A stretch of 63,094 nt of DNA, filler included, from Choristocarpus tenellus KU-1152 (taxonomy: Eukaryota > Protista > Phaeophyceae), in assembly GCA_964200185.2 (NCBI GenBank). It is 10 parts of 10 records of this genome, joined end to end, with 100 filler letters (N's around TTAATTAATTAA, not from the genome) between each part and the next. Parts side by side here need not be neighbours in the genome. Positions count along the whole stretch, not along the records: positions 1 to 2,549 come from CAXNAD020026859.1; positions 2,650 to 6,157 come from CAXNAD020019555.1; positions 6,258 to 17,834 come from CAXNAD020002236.1; 7 more parts are not named here. The stretch is one strand, 5' to 3'. The translations under genes were made by a program, and so were the position numbers. The notes beneath the pieces are model-generated. The model was not told the DNA's origin. It was given only the letters and a program-made list of their open reading frames with translations, and made no database searches. Shown one piece after another: positions 1-11,900 of this stretch (positions are counted from its first letter, which is position 1; the number at the start of each line of letters is the position of its first letter).

Positions 1-1357
1 CCCCTGTTCGGTGACATTCCACCTCTGTACGGAGCCGTTGGCACTCCCGTTGTGATTGTTCAAGTTCGTACCGAGGAACCTGTCCACGACAAGAATTGTG
101 GGTCACCGCACTCATGTAAGTTATGGGGTTGGGGTTATGACCAGACAAATAGCTAGTTTCATGCCGTTTGGCACAGTCACGAGCTTGCGCAAACGAGGTG
201 GCGGGTTCGTCCCGAATCTGTTCAAGACGAATCGCGGGGAGTAAGCCATCCTCCATCAGCGTTATCTTCAGTTGCTCGATAAGTAAAGCTTTCGTGTCAA
301 CTGCATCTGAGGATGACGTTGTGCGATGAACATCATCTAAAAAACGATTCATTGCTGGGGTGCATTGTAAAGTATATTGGTCAACAGACTCGTTCTCCCC
401 CTGTTTCAACGATGTTAGTCGATGAGCTGATACACTTACAGCATGGGCGGGAGTGAACGCAGTGATCAGGGCTTTCTGGACATCATCCCACATTTTTGGG
501 GGTGTAATGGGAACTGGACTGTCAAGAGACGATTGCAAACGAGCCAGATCACTTGTTGAACGCCACTCTACTGTGCCTGCCAACGCCTGAAAGTAAAAAG
601 TTTCAGCTGGACCTTGAAGAATTTTCAGTAAAAATTCTACACATCGAGCGTTGATTGTCTCAGGGGATGCGGAACCATATTGCCTAGAGTGCAAGGAAAT
701 TGCTACGTGCCATTTGGAAAACAAGAGTGGCAAATTTTCCTCTCCCGAACCTGTAATGACAAGACCAGATGGAATTTCTGAAGCGGAAAACCTGAAACAA
801 CTTGTTTCTGACATTGATGGCGGACGTGCGACATTGCTACTCTGTTCAACAGATCTTACTTGATCGGAGTCCATTCCCCGAGCTTGCAGTTTCATCAGGT
901 CCTGAAGCCATCCAGGAGGCAGAGTGTTTGTCCTGGTACACTCGTTAATGTGGTGTGCGATGTACGATGGCACAGAGTCCTCGAACTGTGCCTGTGACGT
1001 GGCCACCTCACAAGTAGCAAAACTTGGGGGTGGGACTGTCTCTCCCTGGAATCGGACCCGACGAGTGTCACGGTCGCCCGAGCTAACACAATGCTCTAGG
1101 GTCGACGACACGGGTCTGCTATTCGCCTTCCGATCTGTAAGGGGAGAAGGGGGGGATCCACGGCGCCGTTCAGCAAGTGTGGTGGTGCTGGATGACGTGG
1201 AAACAATACTAGAGACGTCAGAGTCGAGCTGGGTGGAAGACTCCATGTCTTCCATTGACTCGTGGTCTTGAGTCTCTTCTTGTGCTCTTGATGGCGCCAG
1301 GTCTGGGGTTCTCAGCTCTTGGGCCCTCCGTCTTCGTCTCAATCTAGAGTTCAGCAT
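1..1357 (-). mobile_element. gag: Ty3/gypsy-type LTR retrotransposon gag ORF (open from ATG 1357, runs off the window start)
   Basis: Manual translation gives MLNSRLRRRRRAQ...WDDVQKALITAFTP...RLTSLKQGENESVDQY...GLLPAIR, the typical Retrotrans_gag signature. No stop was found, which explains its absence from the ORF track. It lies directly downstream of a PBS and LTR. Confidence 0.85.
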
Positions 1358-1400
1358 ATTTCCTCCGCGATCAAACAGAAATGCCCCATCATCCTATTTC

Positions 1401-1420
1401 TGACGACACCGGTGTCGCCA
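1401..1420 (-). promoter_or_regulatory. Primer-binding site of the gypsy element (TGGCGACACC...)
   Basis: On the minus strand the LTR end ...TTCACA is followed by one base and then TGG-CGAC, the canonical PBS position and start. Confidence 0.7.
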
Positions 1421-1421
1421 A

Positions 1422-1709
1422 TGTGAATTGTGTGATTCTGTGGCGGCGTGGTTCACTCAGGCAAGGGTGGCCAAGAGAATAACCAGGCAAGATGGACCAT
1501 ACAAACTAGGACGAACCGTGAACCGAGGGTACGAGGTTAAGGGTAGTCAAGTATAAACTTAGGAGTGAGGAGCACCATCAAAGGTGGGGCTTCATCACAC
1601 CGCCAGTCAAGACGTGAAAACAAAGTGAATTTTCCATGTGTGACATTCGGACAGATAGTCTGTCCGTGGAATCACGGATTCTTGACTGGGAACCTTAATC
1701 GGTACCACA
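1422..1709 (-). repeat. 5' LTR (288 bp, TG...CA)
   Basis: The minus strand begins TGTGGTACC and ends TTCACA immediately before the PBS. It is homologous to 2713-3031. Confidence 0.7.
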
Positions 1710-2308
1710 GTATGACGGTATATGGCATACGGCAATAACGGTATAATAACAGACAAACATGCTTTCCACAAAGAGGGCAAAGGAAAAGAATTAATAATAA
1801 TATTGACAAGAGTTCACCACTCAAATTTCACTTGTCACTCTTCGTTGAATGATCTTATAAATTTCTCCATACAGTTCATACACATCATTATTTCTCCTAC
1901 ACTGTTGGCAGTCACCTCCTGGATTAACTTTGTCGTCCCAGAGCTCTTGATCAACAATAATTTTTTTCATGAAAATTCGATTGTTGTAATCGCATCAGCA
2001 TGCTCAACCTTATCGGTGGGTCTTGGTTGGTCAACTTGCGGTAATCGTGAGAAATGCAGGACCTTACTTAAATCAAGTAGTCCGCGCGCGAATTTCGCAT
2101 TTAAAGGATGATTCTGACGCCTGAAGAGGTCATCTTCACCCGCAGAACATGGGCGCCGTTGTCTCTCCATTCTCTTTCCATTGTTTCCCGTTTATGCGAT
2201 ATTGTCACCTGGTGGATAAGGCTCACTCATGGGGGCCTGGATCTCTGAACCACATAATCCATGCCAAGTCAAATGAGGTATCTTGAAGATGCAGGCCTCC
2301 TGTGAGAC

Positions 2309-2549
2309 TTAAATGTCTTGTACACCCTGTTCCAATTTGGTGCACTCTATGCCTTTCTCTTTGGAATATATCAGGTGGTAAGCAATACTCAACCTGAAGA
2401 ACCTCTCCACGATTACCCTGGAAAGCCTCCCTTCCTTCTTAAGACTGACAGGAATGTTGGCTCTCATTCCAGGCAATGTGTCGTCACAGTGGCCTCGTAC
2501 ATAGTGCTTCGCCCGCCCCCAGACCATCTCTATTGGGATCAATTCACAG
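2309..2549 (-). mobile_element. Tc1/IS630-like (DDE) transposase C-terminal fragment
   Basis: CELIPIEMVWGRAKHYVRGHCD matches the ELNPIExxW third-catalytic-residue motif. The fragment is truncated by the gap. Confidence 0.75.
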
Positions 2550-2649
2550 NNNNNNNNNNNNNNNNNNNNNNNNNNNNNNNNNNNNNNNNNNNNTTAATTA
2601 ATTAANNNNNNNNNNNNNNNNNNNNNNNNNNNNNNNNNNNNNNNNNNNN
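2550..2649. other. Artificial contig linker (N-run with TTAATTAATTAA)
   Basis: Identical 100-bp spacers also occur at 6158-6257, 17835-17934, 21504-21603, 31050-31149, 35513-35612, 40920-41019, 52436-52535 and 60009-60108. The core gives stops in all six frames. Confidence 0.98.
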
Positions 2650-2712
2650 CACCATTTTCGGTCAAAACCATCCTCAATAGTACGCTCCATCCTCAATTTT
2701 TGAAATCCACTG
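2650..2712 (-). mobile_element. Terminus of a DNA transposon family
   Basis: Its reverse complement CAGTGGATTTCAAAAAATTGAGGATGG...TATTGAGGATGGTTTT resembles 35451-35512 (..CAAAATTGAGGATGG...TATAAGGATGGTTGTTTT). Both sit at contig ends. Confidence 0.5.
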
Positions 2713-3031
2713 TTCAAGGGTGATGAAGAGAATCACCGGGCAAGACGGACAAGACGAACCACACAACCGAGAGGACGAGGTTAAGGTTTGATAAGCGTAA
2801 GACTGCAAGGACTTGCAGCAAATTGTGGAGCGATGAGAATCTCATGAGAGGGGATAACCAGAATGTCAAGATGTGAGAACAGAGTGAAACTTTGATGTTT
2901 GACAACTCTGAATGAAGAGAGGTCCCTTATCTGTGAGACTTGTTTCTGAAGAGATCCCATGGATTCAGTCTCACGAAAGATCCTCCACTGACACCCAGGA
3001 TTCCTGACAAGGAACCTCAATTGGTGTAACA
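2713..3031 (-). repeat. Diverged, truncated LTR related to 1422-1709
   Basis: It shares blocks CAAGGGTG..AAGAGAAT.ACC.GGCAAGA, GACGAACC...ACCGAG...ACGAGGTTAAGG and the end GGATTC.TGAC..GGAACCT.AAT.GGT...ACA with that LTR. Confidence 0.65.
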
Positions 3032-3989
3032 ATTTTTGACAAATTGCAATAACGGTATGATAGCAGCAACCCTTCTCTTCTTTCCACATATTATATTTTT
3101 TATCACTTTAATGTGAGAGATTCCAGATGGTCGCAAATGTAGGCAAAAGGTGGTGTCACTCTGTTCAAGTAAAGGGAACAAAGAAAAAAAAGAAATAAAG
3201 TGGTGGAAGAAAAAGAAGAAACTGACGAAAAGAAATGACAGGAATAGAATCACAAGGAGAACAAACACCATCACCCCCCAAAAAATGTGAAAGGGGAAGG
3301 AACGAAAGAAAACGAACGAAGAATGCAGGAGAAATCAGACCAAAAAGGAAACAGCGTTCAGTAGATAGTGGTGGTGGTGGTGTTGATGGCTTCGGCGACC
3401 TCAGCTGCTGCTATGATGTGACGTACAATTAGCTGTATCACGGCTTCCTTGGAAAGCCAATCGGTCATGAACCGTCAGCCACAAACTCAAACCATTTCCT
3501 GTTGGTTCGTGGCCCTAGTGCTCCAACCCCCGACTACAAGTCCAGACTTGTCAAGGTCTTCATCAGTTCTTCTGTTACAGGCGACTAGCGGGAGCATTTC
3601 TTTCAGCGTGCCAACAAGCGCGAATAGTATACATACATAAGAATTCCCACAAGAGGAACTCTGATTTGATAGAAGATGCAGAGTAAGATTCGAAGTACAC
3701 ACTTAACCTTTCAGATTAAACGTCAATTCCTGGAAGGTGCAGAATAAAGATTTATGATCGGAGTATATATACAGCAGCTTGCAGATGTCATTCATCTCTT
3801 AGACTGTAGAAAAACGGAGGACGACGTTGATAAAAGGCTGACTTGTTGACCACACAACTCAGTACTATGATCTTACTCTTTTGATTAAGCGAAAAGCAAA
3901 GCATCAACTGAGCGAAGTGTCAGCTGACACCATCCGTGGTTATCATCTGTGGAAATACCCTATAGCGTCGTTTTAAGGTCATTGGATTA

Positions 3990-5000
3990 GATTTACACAT
4001 CCTGTGGAGGTGAGTCCTGGAGCGCGTTGTAACACTTCCCCTGTCCACCTTGCTTTCTTTTTCCAATCGCAAGCTCCCCAGACATCAATACCTTCGGAAT
4101 TCACTCATCCCCTATTCGTACAACTGACCCAATAACAGGAGGCTGGGTTTGCACACTGTTGCCTCGATACTCCCACACACAGTCTTCACAAAAGCAACCT
4201 TATTCTCTATGAGACATGATCGGCGGAGTGCCAACTTCGTACAACTATAAAACAGAACCTTAAGTACTTTAGCTTTGAGCATTCTAATATTAAGCTCAAG
4301 TCAGACACACCTGAGATACTTTCATCAAAGGACTTAGCTGTATTTGCGAAAACAACTCGAATCTTCCGGTTAAACTTGGGAGTAATTGCAGCAGCATGGT
4401 CATCATTGGTACCCTCGACTAAACAAACCTATCAGTCTAATTATTGGTCTGATCCAGTACCTGGATCTGAAAGGTTTCGGCGTCCTGTTTAGAGGAGGTC
4501 GAAGAAACAGGCTCCGTCATCAGTGGAGACACAGTAAGACCGAATGATCTGACCACCTTCACAAGTACTGTCATCATCCTGACCAAATCCCCTTGGATCT
4601 TGGAGACAATACCCACAATATCAGCATAAGACATATTCCACTAGAGGCGCTCAAGTTTTATCCCACTCCCTGGAACTTGTACAACTATGACAACATCAGA
4701 GATCATAATGCACAAAAACAACTTAGCAGAAAGTAGGAACCCACACGTACATTAGTTGATCATCCAACTCTACAGAGAGGTAGAGATACTGACTCCTAAC
4801 CAGAAACGTCCACCCTTCTATCTACCCTGGCAAATATCATCGCTACAACCCAGGATAGGTCCACCCCAGTTTTCTGTTCACATACCTTCTTTACCCATGG
4901 ACCAAACATATCAAGGGGGTTACCTGGCTTCTCCACTTCCATCCTCCCAACAAGCAATACTTCCTAACCTGTCCGTGCTTGCACTGACTTAGTCTGCTAC
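3990..5000 (-). mobile_element. Degenerate RTE-like LINE, reverse transcriptase and C-terminal region
   Basis: MSYADIVGIVS...MMTVLVKVVRSFGLTVS is a YADD-box region, followed by KTVCGSIEATV...IPKVLMSGELAIGKRKQGGQ. It carries many stops and frameshifts. Confidence 0.75.
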
Positions 5001-5229
5001 TTTAATATTTTAACGCCATCTTTCCCAGGCTGCTTCCTGGTGGACATTCCCACTCTCTTTCCACCATCGCGACTGATGGTAGGATCACTTATTTAAGACA
5101 CATACTACCTCCAAGCCATAAGTCTGTTCCACGTTGTGCATAACTTTTGAAGATGCTGATGAAATTCATTTCTGAAAGAAGATTTGGAATCCTTGATCCA
5201 TTTCTGGTTAAGGTCGGTTCTTTTTATTA

Positions 5230-6157
5230 TTAATACTCCCCATCCATCACAATTTTATCAGCTACAGAAAAAGCCTCCATGTCTACCTTCAGCATGTTTT
5301 TGAGCTCACCAGACAACTACCTCTTCCTTACCCCTGTGTGCTCCACACTAAAGTCATTCCCCGCTTTGTATCTAAATACTTGATTTGTACACCACAAAAA
5401 GGAGCTGCCAAGCCCTCTCAGTGTGGTTTCACCATACTCCTCGTACTGTTTAATTACCTTCAACATCTCCTCAACAGACCCAAACCCCCCCCCCATCACC
5501 TGGCGTTTCAAAGACCTGAAGAAGCACAGGTCCATGATATTGAGGTCGGGGGAGTTAGATGGCTGTGCCACAAGCCTAATCGACCACCCCTCAGTCTTCC
5601 CTGCCCCTGACAAGATTTCGGAGTTACCCGTATGGGGGGTGACACCATCTTGCTGAACATGAACATGCTTCCCCTACAACCAAGGCATCTTGGTCTTGAT
5701 TGGAGGCAGTAACACCTCCATGTACCACTTCCTGTACCACAAATGGTATAAAGTGCAGTTCTGCTCATACATATCCTCCTTTTTATGGTTCTTGCTTGTC
5801 CTGTCTGCCGTTTTTGGCGTACATACACGCCAAACACCAAGCTTTCAATCAAAGCTGCAAGTCAAATCTGGGTGGGCGTTGGCTGCATTGATCATGGTTT
5901 TGGGGATATGACTCTTGTGCTTCACAGTAGGGGACTCTGGAAGGCCGCTATCATCCTCATGCAGAAATTCCCTAACCTTTTCCCCATCAGTCATCACGTA
6001 AAACCAGGTTTCAGCCACATGAATCGTGTTTGTCATCGAGGCATACACACCACATTTCCGGTCCACTTGATCGCGAACATAGTCCATTCTCCGTAACTAT
6101 TGCCACGATTTAAGCTTGGGTTTAATCCAGGGGCGATTCGGCATACCCCCCCCCATA
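5230..6157 (-). mobile_element. Degenerate mariner transposase of the plant/stramenopile DD39D type
   Basis: Motifs IHV(A)ETWFY, VKHKSHIPK, QQDGVTPH and QPSNSPDLNIMDLCFF are present, with 38 residues counted between the 2nd and 3rd Asp. It is frameshifted. Confidence 0.85.
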
Positions 6158-6257
6158 NNNNNNNNNNNNNNNNNNNNNNNNNNNNNNNNNNNNNNNNNNN
6201 NTTAATTAATTAANNNNNNNNNNNNNNNNNNNNNNNNNNNNNNNNNNNNNNNNNNNN

Positions 6258-6288
6258 CCCCCCCCCCCCCCCCCAGATACTTTGACCC
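6258..6288 (-). mobile_element. Terminus of poly-G-type Sola2-like TIR element
   Basis: (C)n-AGATACTTTGACCC is the reverse complement of GGGTCAAAGTATCT-(G)n seen at 50356. Confidence 0.65.
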
Positions 6289-6568
6289 AATAGAGAAATC
6301 AACGTTCTCAAGTCGAACATATCAGTTCGATCCTTGGAAATATGATGAATTCCAATAGATTATAAAGACGGGTTTAAAACACAATATGGACAAAATCTGG
6401 GTACATCTCTCATTTATTTGGGCTCAATCATACTTACCATTGAACATGGAATAGGGCGGTCATAAACGTTTTGTTTTTTCATTGCACAACCTGCAGGATA
6501 CATGTTGCCCTAATGAGTGCTACCAATACTAGCTCACACAAACTGTTTGACTACCTCACATACCACAG

Positions 6569-7739
6569 GAATATCCTGGCAACTATCTATCTGTGGAATA
6601 CCTAGTATCATGCTTGCCTAATGCGTCAATACTAGAACTTGAGAGATGGCTCAAGGAGCTTAAGGTGCAGTACCAGTGTGAGGCTGTGGCCACCGCCTAT
6701 TCTTCCAGTAATAAGGTTATTTCATCGGATTCTTCAGTTGCAGGAATTGCCACACAAGGAAGGGTCATTAGCAGTGACATTTATCACAGCAATGTGGGCC
6801 AACAGAATGCTGTCCACAGCATGGAAGAGACTCAAGCTTCGGTCACCGTTCAGTGTCAGGTATATCCAAAATGGAACTTAGTGTTCCTTAGTCAATTCCA
6901 TCCACATCAGATCAGTTTTGCGAAATAAGAGTGAGAATAGACTTGAATGATCGGCCAAGTTGAAACGGAGCAAGTGTTATGAATCGTCCTATTACTTTCA
7001 GTTCAGCGTATCTAGATGTTTGAGTCCTATACCTACAATCAGATAAATAAGCATTGAGTCCAACCTGAATGATCCATTTCAACTCCATGGGTAGAAAGAA
7101 ATTCTTACATATTATCTGTTCCTTCCATTTTTAGAATCTAATTAATATCAAATAGAACAAAAAAGTAGTCCATATACCTTTTTCCTTACACAATCAGAGA
7201 CACACTTGCACAAGACAATTTTGTTCAATTCAGCTACGCCCCATTGACGCTCAACGTGTATTGGCGATTTTCCCCCCCTTTCATTTTGTGTACTTGTTCC
7301 TCACCTTGTGCATCTGTGCATGGTGACATTCAAGGCTCGGAACCTTGGTGCTGTTAAACGAGCGAAGAGCACGGATGAGGAACAGCTGACACAACTGTCT
7401 GAGCAAGCATGCATGGATTCAGACTGCCAGCGCATGGTGTTGACAGCATTCGAAGGGACTGTCTTCAAGCTACTGCAGGTAGGGAAAAATTCATGTAGTT
7501 AAAAATAGCATTCCCTATTATAATCTCAGACACTCAAGCGATCACTATCTGAAGGTGGGGGCTGTACACACGCAGGGATGACTTCTTGACTGTGCAATAT
7601 TTCCTCTTCTCCCTCACTCTTTCTCCAGGACTCAATGGAGGGACAGATAAACCTTAGCAAAGTTCCTAAGCGATATGCTCTTCGCGACCGACTCAAGGAT
7701 ATTTCAGACCAAACACAGGCTCCAGCACAAAGCCATTAA
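6569..7739 (+). CDS. 3' exons of an unknown protein gene
   Basis: GT-AG exons 6569-6859, 7335-7478 and 7629-7739 join in phase 0 to give EYPGNYLSVEYLVSCLP...ARNLGAVKR...DSMEGQINL...QSH*. Confidence 0.65.
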
Positions 7740-8306
7740 GGCACCAAAGTGGTCGTAGGTATAGTTGTGTATCGTTATTGGGGTACACTATTTCTGGACC
7801 ACACACAAGATTGGTGAAACAATTTGAGGTGAAAACGGCTGCGTGAGGACTTCAATGATTATTGACTCAGTTTAACAAACCAGTAGTGGTGCCATAGGGA
7901 GGAGATGATATTTTTTTGTGATTTAACTAATTTACCAACTGTCATTAAGAGAAGCACACGTGGCACAGACTTGAGGACATGTACAAGGGACTGCAGGTTC
8001 ATTTACTCTACTGTTACTCCCTAGGGTAGATTCCAACTTATGATCTGGAGAGGGCACCTATTGCTTCAAGGTTACAGATATTTATCAAATATACCCAAGA
8101 GTGATGCTATTGAATAAAATCGGAATAAATAGCATTCGCACCAGATGTGTTTGAAACATTATGTAGGAACAGCATCATAGGACGAAATAAGAATGCAATG
8201 AGGCCTATTTGCACCCATACCCAATGGCCAGGGGAAAACACTTCAGTGCAGCTCACAAGACAAAGAGTCAAGTTCTCCCAGCATGAGTACACCAATTTCT
8301 TGAGGA

Positions 8307-8575
8307 GACCCATAGTATCCTAGAGGGGGGTCAGGTTTCTATTTGGGGTCTGCATGGACTTGTAGCTATTTTCATGTTATCTAAGTGAATGTGTCAGATG
8401 TAAGGGTAGTTTCCTTCATCTCAATGCACCTTCCTTCTCCCCCCCCCTGCCTTAACCAAATCTGAAGAAAAAGCACACCCAAAACGGGCGTCAAACTGGG
8501 GTGTCTTAGCACACCCTGTCAAGTCCCGAATGGACAACATGCCCCAAGCATCCCCCCTCTAATATACTATGGGTC
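8307..8575. mobile_element. Diverged MITE of the Sola2-like family
   Basis: TIRs are GACCCATAGTATCCTAGAGGGGGG / CCCCCCTCTAATATACTATGGGTC. The internal CAAGTCCCGAATGGACAA is shared with the 260-bp MITE, and GGA(G) occurs on both flanks. Confidence 0.75.
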
Positions 8576-8999
8576 GGAGCCAAGCCAACACAGCACGTGC
8601 AGATAGATCAACAAGTTACTGTGCAATCAAGAAATGTAAACTCAATCATTTCAAAAGACATAAGGTGTAATGCATGAGTATGATAGACAAGAAGAGTTGC
8701 TTAGGTTCTTGTGTGTGTGGCAATACTTTATGTAATTACAATGCAAAACTTCAGATATTCCTTTACAAAATGAAGTTCAAATTACAAGCTCTAGGAAGTA
8801 ACATCCCCCCTACATATGTAGGAATAGCATATCAATCGTGGGAATTCATGGGACAATACACCAGGAACCACAATCAAAGAGTAGTAATATCATTCCGTTA
8901 GTAATACAAAACTTTGAAGTTCCTCTGATACTGCGGCAGCATTTGCGAAAATTTTGATCAAGAGATGCCAAAAGGAAAGTTTGAAGCTTAAAATGTTAG

Positions 9000-11900
9000 C
9001 TATTTTAAAGCAGATTCTGATTTAGCAGCAGATCCGGCGACTACATCGACCCAGTTCTTGATGGCTGAATTGTGAAGTATCCCATCCAGCAGAGAGAGCT
9101 CTCCTCGAAGGTCAGTACCAGGGATGAAACGCCGTTGGGTTGTAATCCGGGCTGTACCCGGAATGCCACTCTTCCTTGTCCTTTGTCCACTTAATCCACT
9201 GCCAACAGTCTCCCCAAGAAGTTGACTTGACTTCAAGTTGGCAGACTTCATCAGGTCATGAGTTGCTATACTCACTGATTTCTCCCCTGCAGAATCAATC
9301 TCTGCATCAAGGGAACTTGAGGTCATTGCTACTTCCATAAGGCTTTCTGCACTTTCGCTCACCCTACCATGACTGTATGATGGGTGGTGCGATATCAGTG
9401 ATTTTTTGCTCGAAGGTGATGAGAGTGTCTTCTTTGCCTCTTTTTGAACTTCTCTTCCACCGGTGTTGAAGGGTGAGGACAGGATGTAGATCGAGTCACT
9501 TTTCCCAACACCAGACTGTTTGCCCTTTTGTGCTTGGTCTTGATTACATCTTGTTCTTGGATGACGCCCATTAGTCCACCTACGAGTTCACAATGTATCA
9601 AAATCATTAGGACTATTTCTTAGCCATGTGCTGAATCACGACTTTCCCATACCTCAATTCAGATACATTGGGCAATATTTTTCTTCCTGGATGACCTAGC
9701 ACATTTTTTTTAGCACCTCAAAATACCCAAAGTGAATAAGAACATCCAAGGAGGACACCTACACAAGTTAGCAACTCGTGGTTTCCTTCAAGATTCTGAA
9801 ATATACAGTTAAATCATGTATCATCCCCAACGCACATCTCTATTACCTGTACGGAAGTTGTCTGAGGTTCTCCCAGAGCAGAACCCGTTTCTGCTCCATT
9901 ATAATGTTTTTGATCTTGTACTTATCCATATCAACCCCCGAGTATGGATCCATCACCATGGTTGAGCCACCCTCAACTCGAGAAATGCCTTGATTGTTGA
10001 ACATAGAAGTCTGATACTCGTCATTGGTGAAGGACTCTACTGTTATGCTGCTGGGCTTGTCATAGAAATATTCTGTATCGCCACCAACGAAGGTGTTACG
10101 AAGAGAACTTTCAGCCTCGATCAGCTGTGAATGATCAAGAAACATCGTTTGTAGCATAGTGAGCTCTTGATGACTGCGGAAGGAAATATGGGATATGAAC
10201 TGACACGTTCTACTCTCTCTATCAGCATTACATAGAATGAAATAAATAATAACAGAAAAGGTCCCTGTTGAAAAAAAGTGCAGTTCTACGTAGAGGTGTC
10301 CTCATATATCTATATCATTGATTAAAACAAAATGCACTATTTTTTTCATTTATAGAAGGATTTCAATCCGATATACCTGCATACAAATTACAATAAGGTA
10401 ACAACTACCAGTGGTACAAATTTCTTGGATTTTTGCTCGATGGCCTGAGCTGGATCATGAAAAAAAGTATTCTGAATCGAGATCTGCATGCCATCATGCA
10501 CTGGACACTCAACGTACAAAATTACAATGTACTACTGATAATTCCCATAAAGTTTTTCACAATGTAACCCTGAAATACTTTCCCTAGTTTTGACTTTGAA
10601 CAAAACTGGGGATTCACCTCAAGCTGCACTGAATTTTGAGGGTCTTACATGCAAACAAAATGTGGGAGTGTTAATCCTGTGCACTATCAATCATAAGAAT
10701 GAACCCTGGTATCAACACTGATGATGCCTGTCCCCAAAACAATCCCATATGTTGACTATAGTTTGTAGAAATCATCCTAGCTTTAAAAAGAAAGGAGAGT
10801 ATCTATCATACTACCTATTGCTGGTGATATTATTGCACTACTACATTACCTGTCAATCTCAACCTCATTGACGAAAATGACCATGTGTACCTGTTCTAGA
10901 TCTCTCATACTACAGTCCAACCTTGAGATCTGCCAAACATACTACCAAGTCAAACGACACCCAGCTGGACTGCTGAGGACTTACCACCACATTCTCCACC
11001 CAAGATATCTCCTAAATAAGGACTTCTCGCAAGTTTTGGACTTGGTAGGAGAAGTGAGAAAATGCAAAAACAAGTGTATCTGGTGAAAATAAAAGGCAGT
11101 TTTTTGTTGTCCATGAGAACATCAAATTTACCAAACTTCCCCATCCTCATTACCTCGATTTTTGTTGTTACAAGAATAGCATGAATTTGTTACGCTCTTA
11201 ATTTCTAGACCATGCCAAGATTAAATTAATTGGCGGGGATCAATGTGAGGCAAACCATTGTATTGGTTCAATATAAAGTACACTAAGCATGTTGGATTAC
11301 TGCAGACCTGAAAGTATATTGTCATACCATTTTTTCAACATCACTCCCCACGCCCCTCAATGCCAACATTTGCACTAAGTTAGGCTCTCGCCTTTCTTCC
11401 CCAAGGCGTTTTCTTTGAAAAAAACACAAACATGTATTTTGTCATCTGTTCCAGTTAATTTGGTGAAATGCTGTTAATGCCTAATAATATTCTTGAAGTA
11501 TGAACCCCAGCTGACTCGTTCGAGGAAAATTTGTTGGGCGATACGTTGAACATCACCTTCATCAAGAGACTGATCTTGACCTCTTCAGATTGGTGAATCT
11601 GATACTTATCATCCTGCTCTACATTTATTATTTATGAACTCTAAATGTCATAGTTAGAACCTATGAAACAAAATTTTCCATCTCTTTCAAAGAGATATAT
11701 GCCCCTATCTCCAAGAATTACACAAAAACTAGAAGAATCTGGATACTGGTGTATTTTAAGAATGTTCTGCTGTTGTTGAGGGGAGAGAGTCTTTATACTA
11801 ATCAAATTCTATCAGTAATTTTATAGAAACCCATATTTTTAGGTCTCCCTAAATCCCAATTGTCAACGTATAGATAAGAATCCAATTGATAAAATTCTGT

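Noticed and set aside
56-1271. Short plus-strand ORFs
   Set aside because: They are antisense to the gag ORF.
2550-2649. TTAATTAATTAA repeated nine times, and ORFs ending in X...LIN
   Set aside because: These are artificial linkers. Adjacency across them has no biological meaning.
6430-6442. ATACTTACC resembling the U1 snRNA 5' end
   Set aside because: No further U1 sequence or structure follows.
10889-10919. Apparent 31-bp intron in the large minus-strand gene
   Set aside because: A better model uses a GTAAGT donor and a 55-bp intron and keeps the frame.
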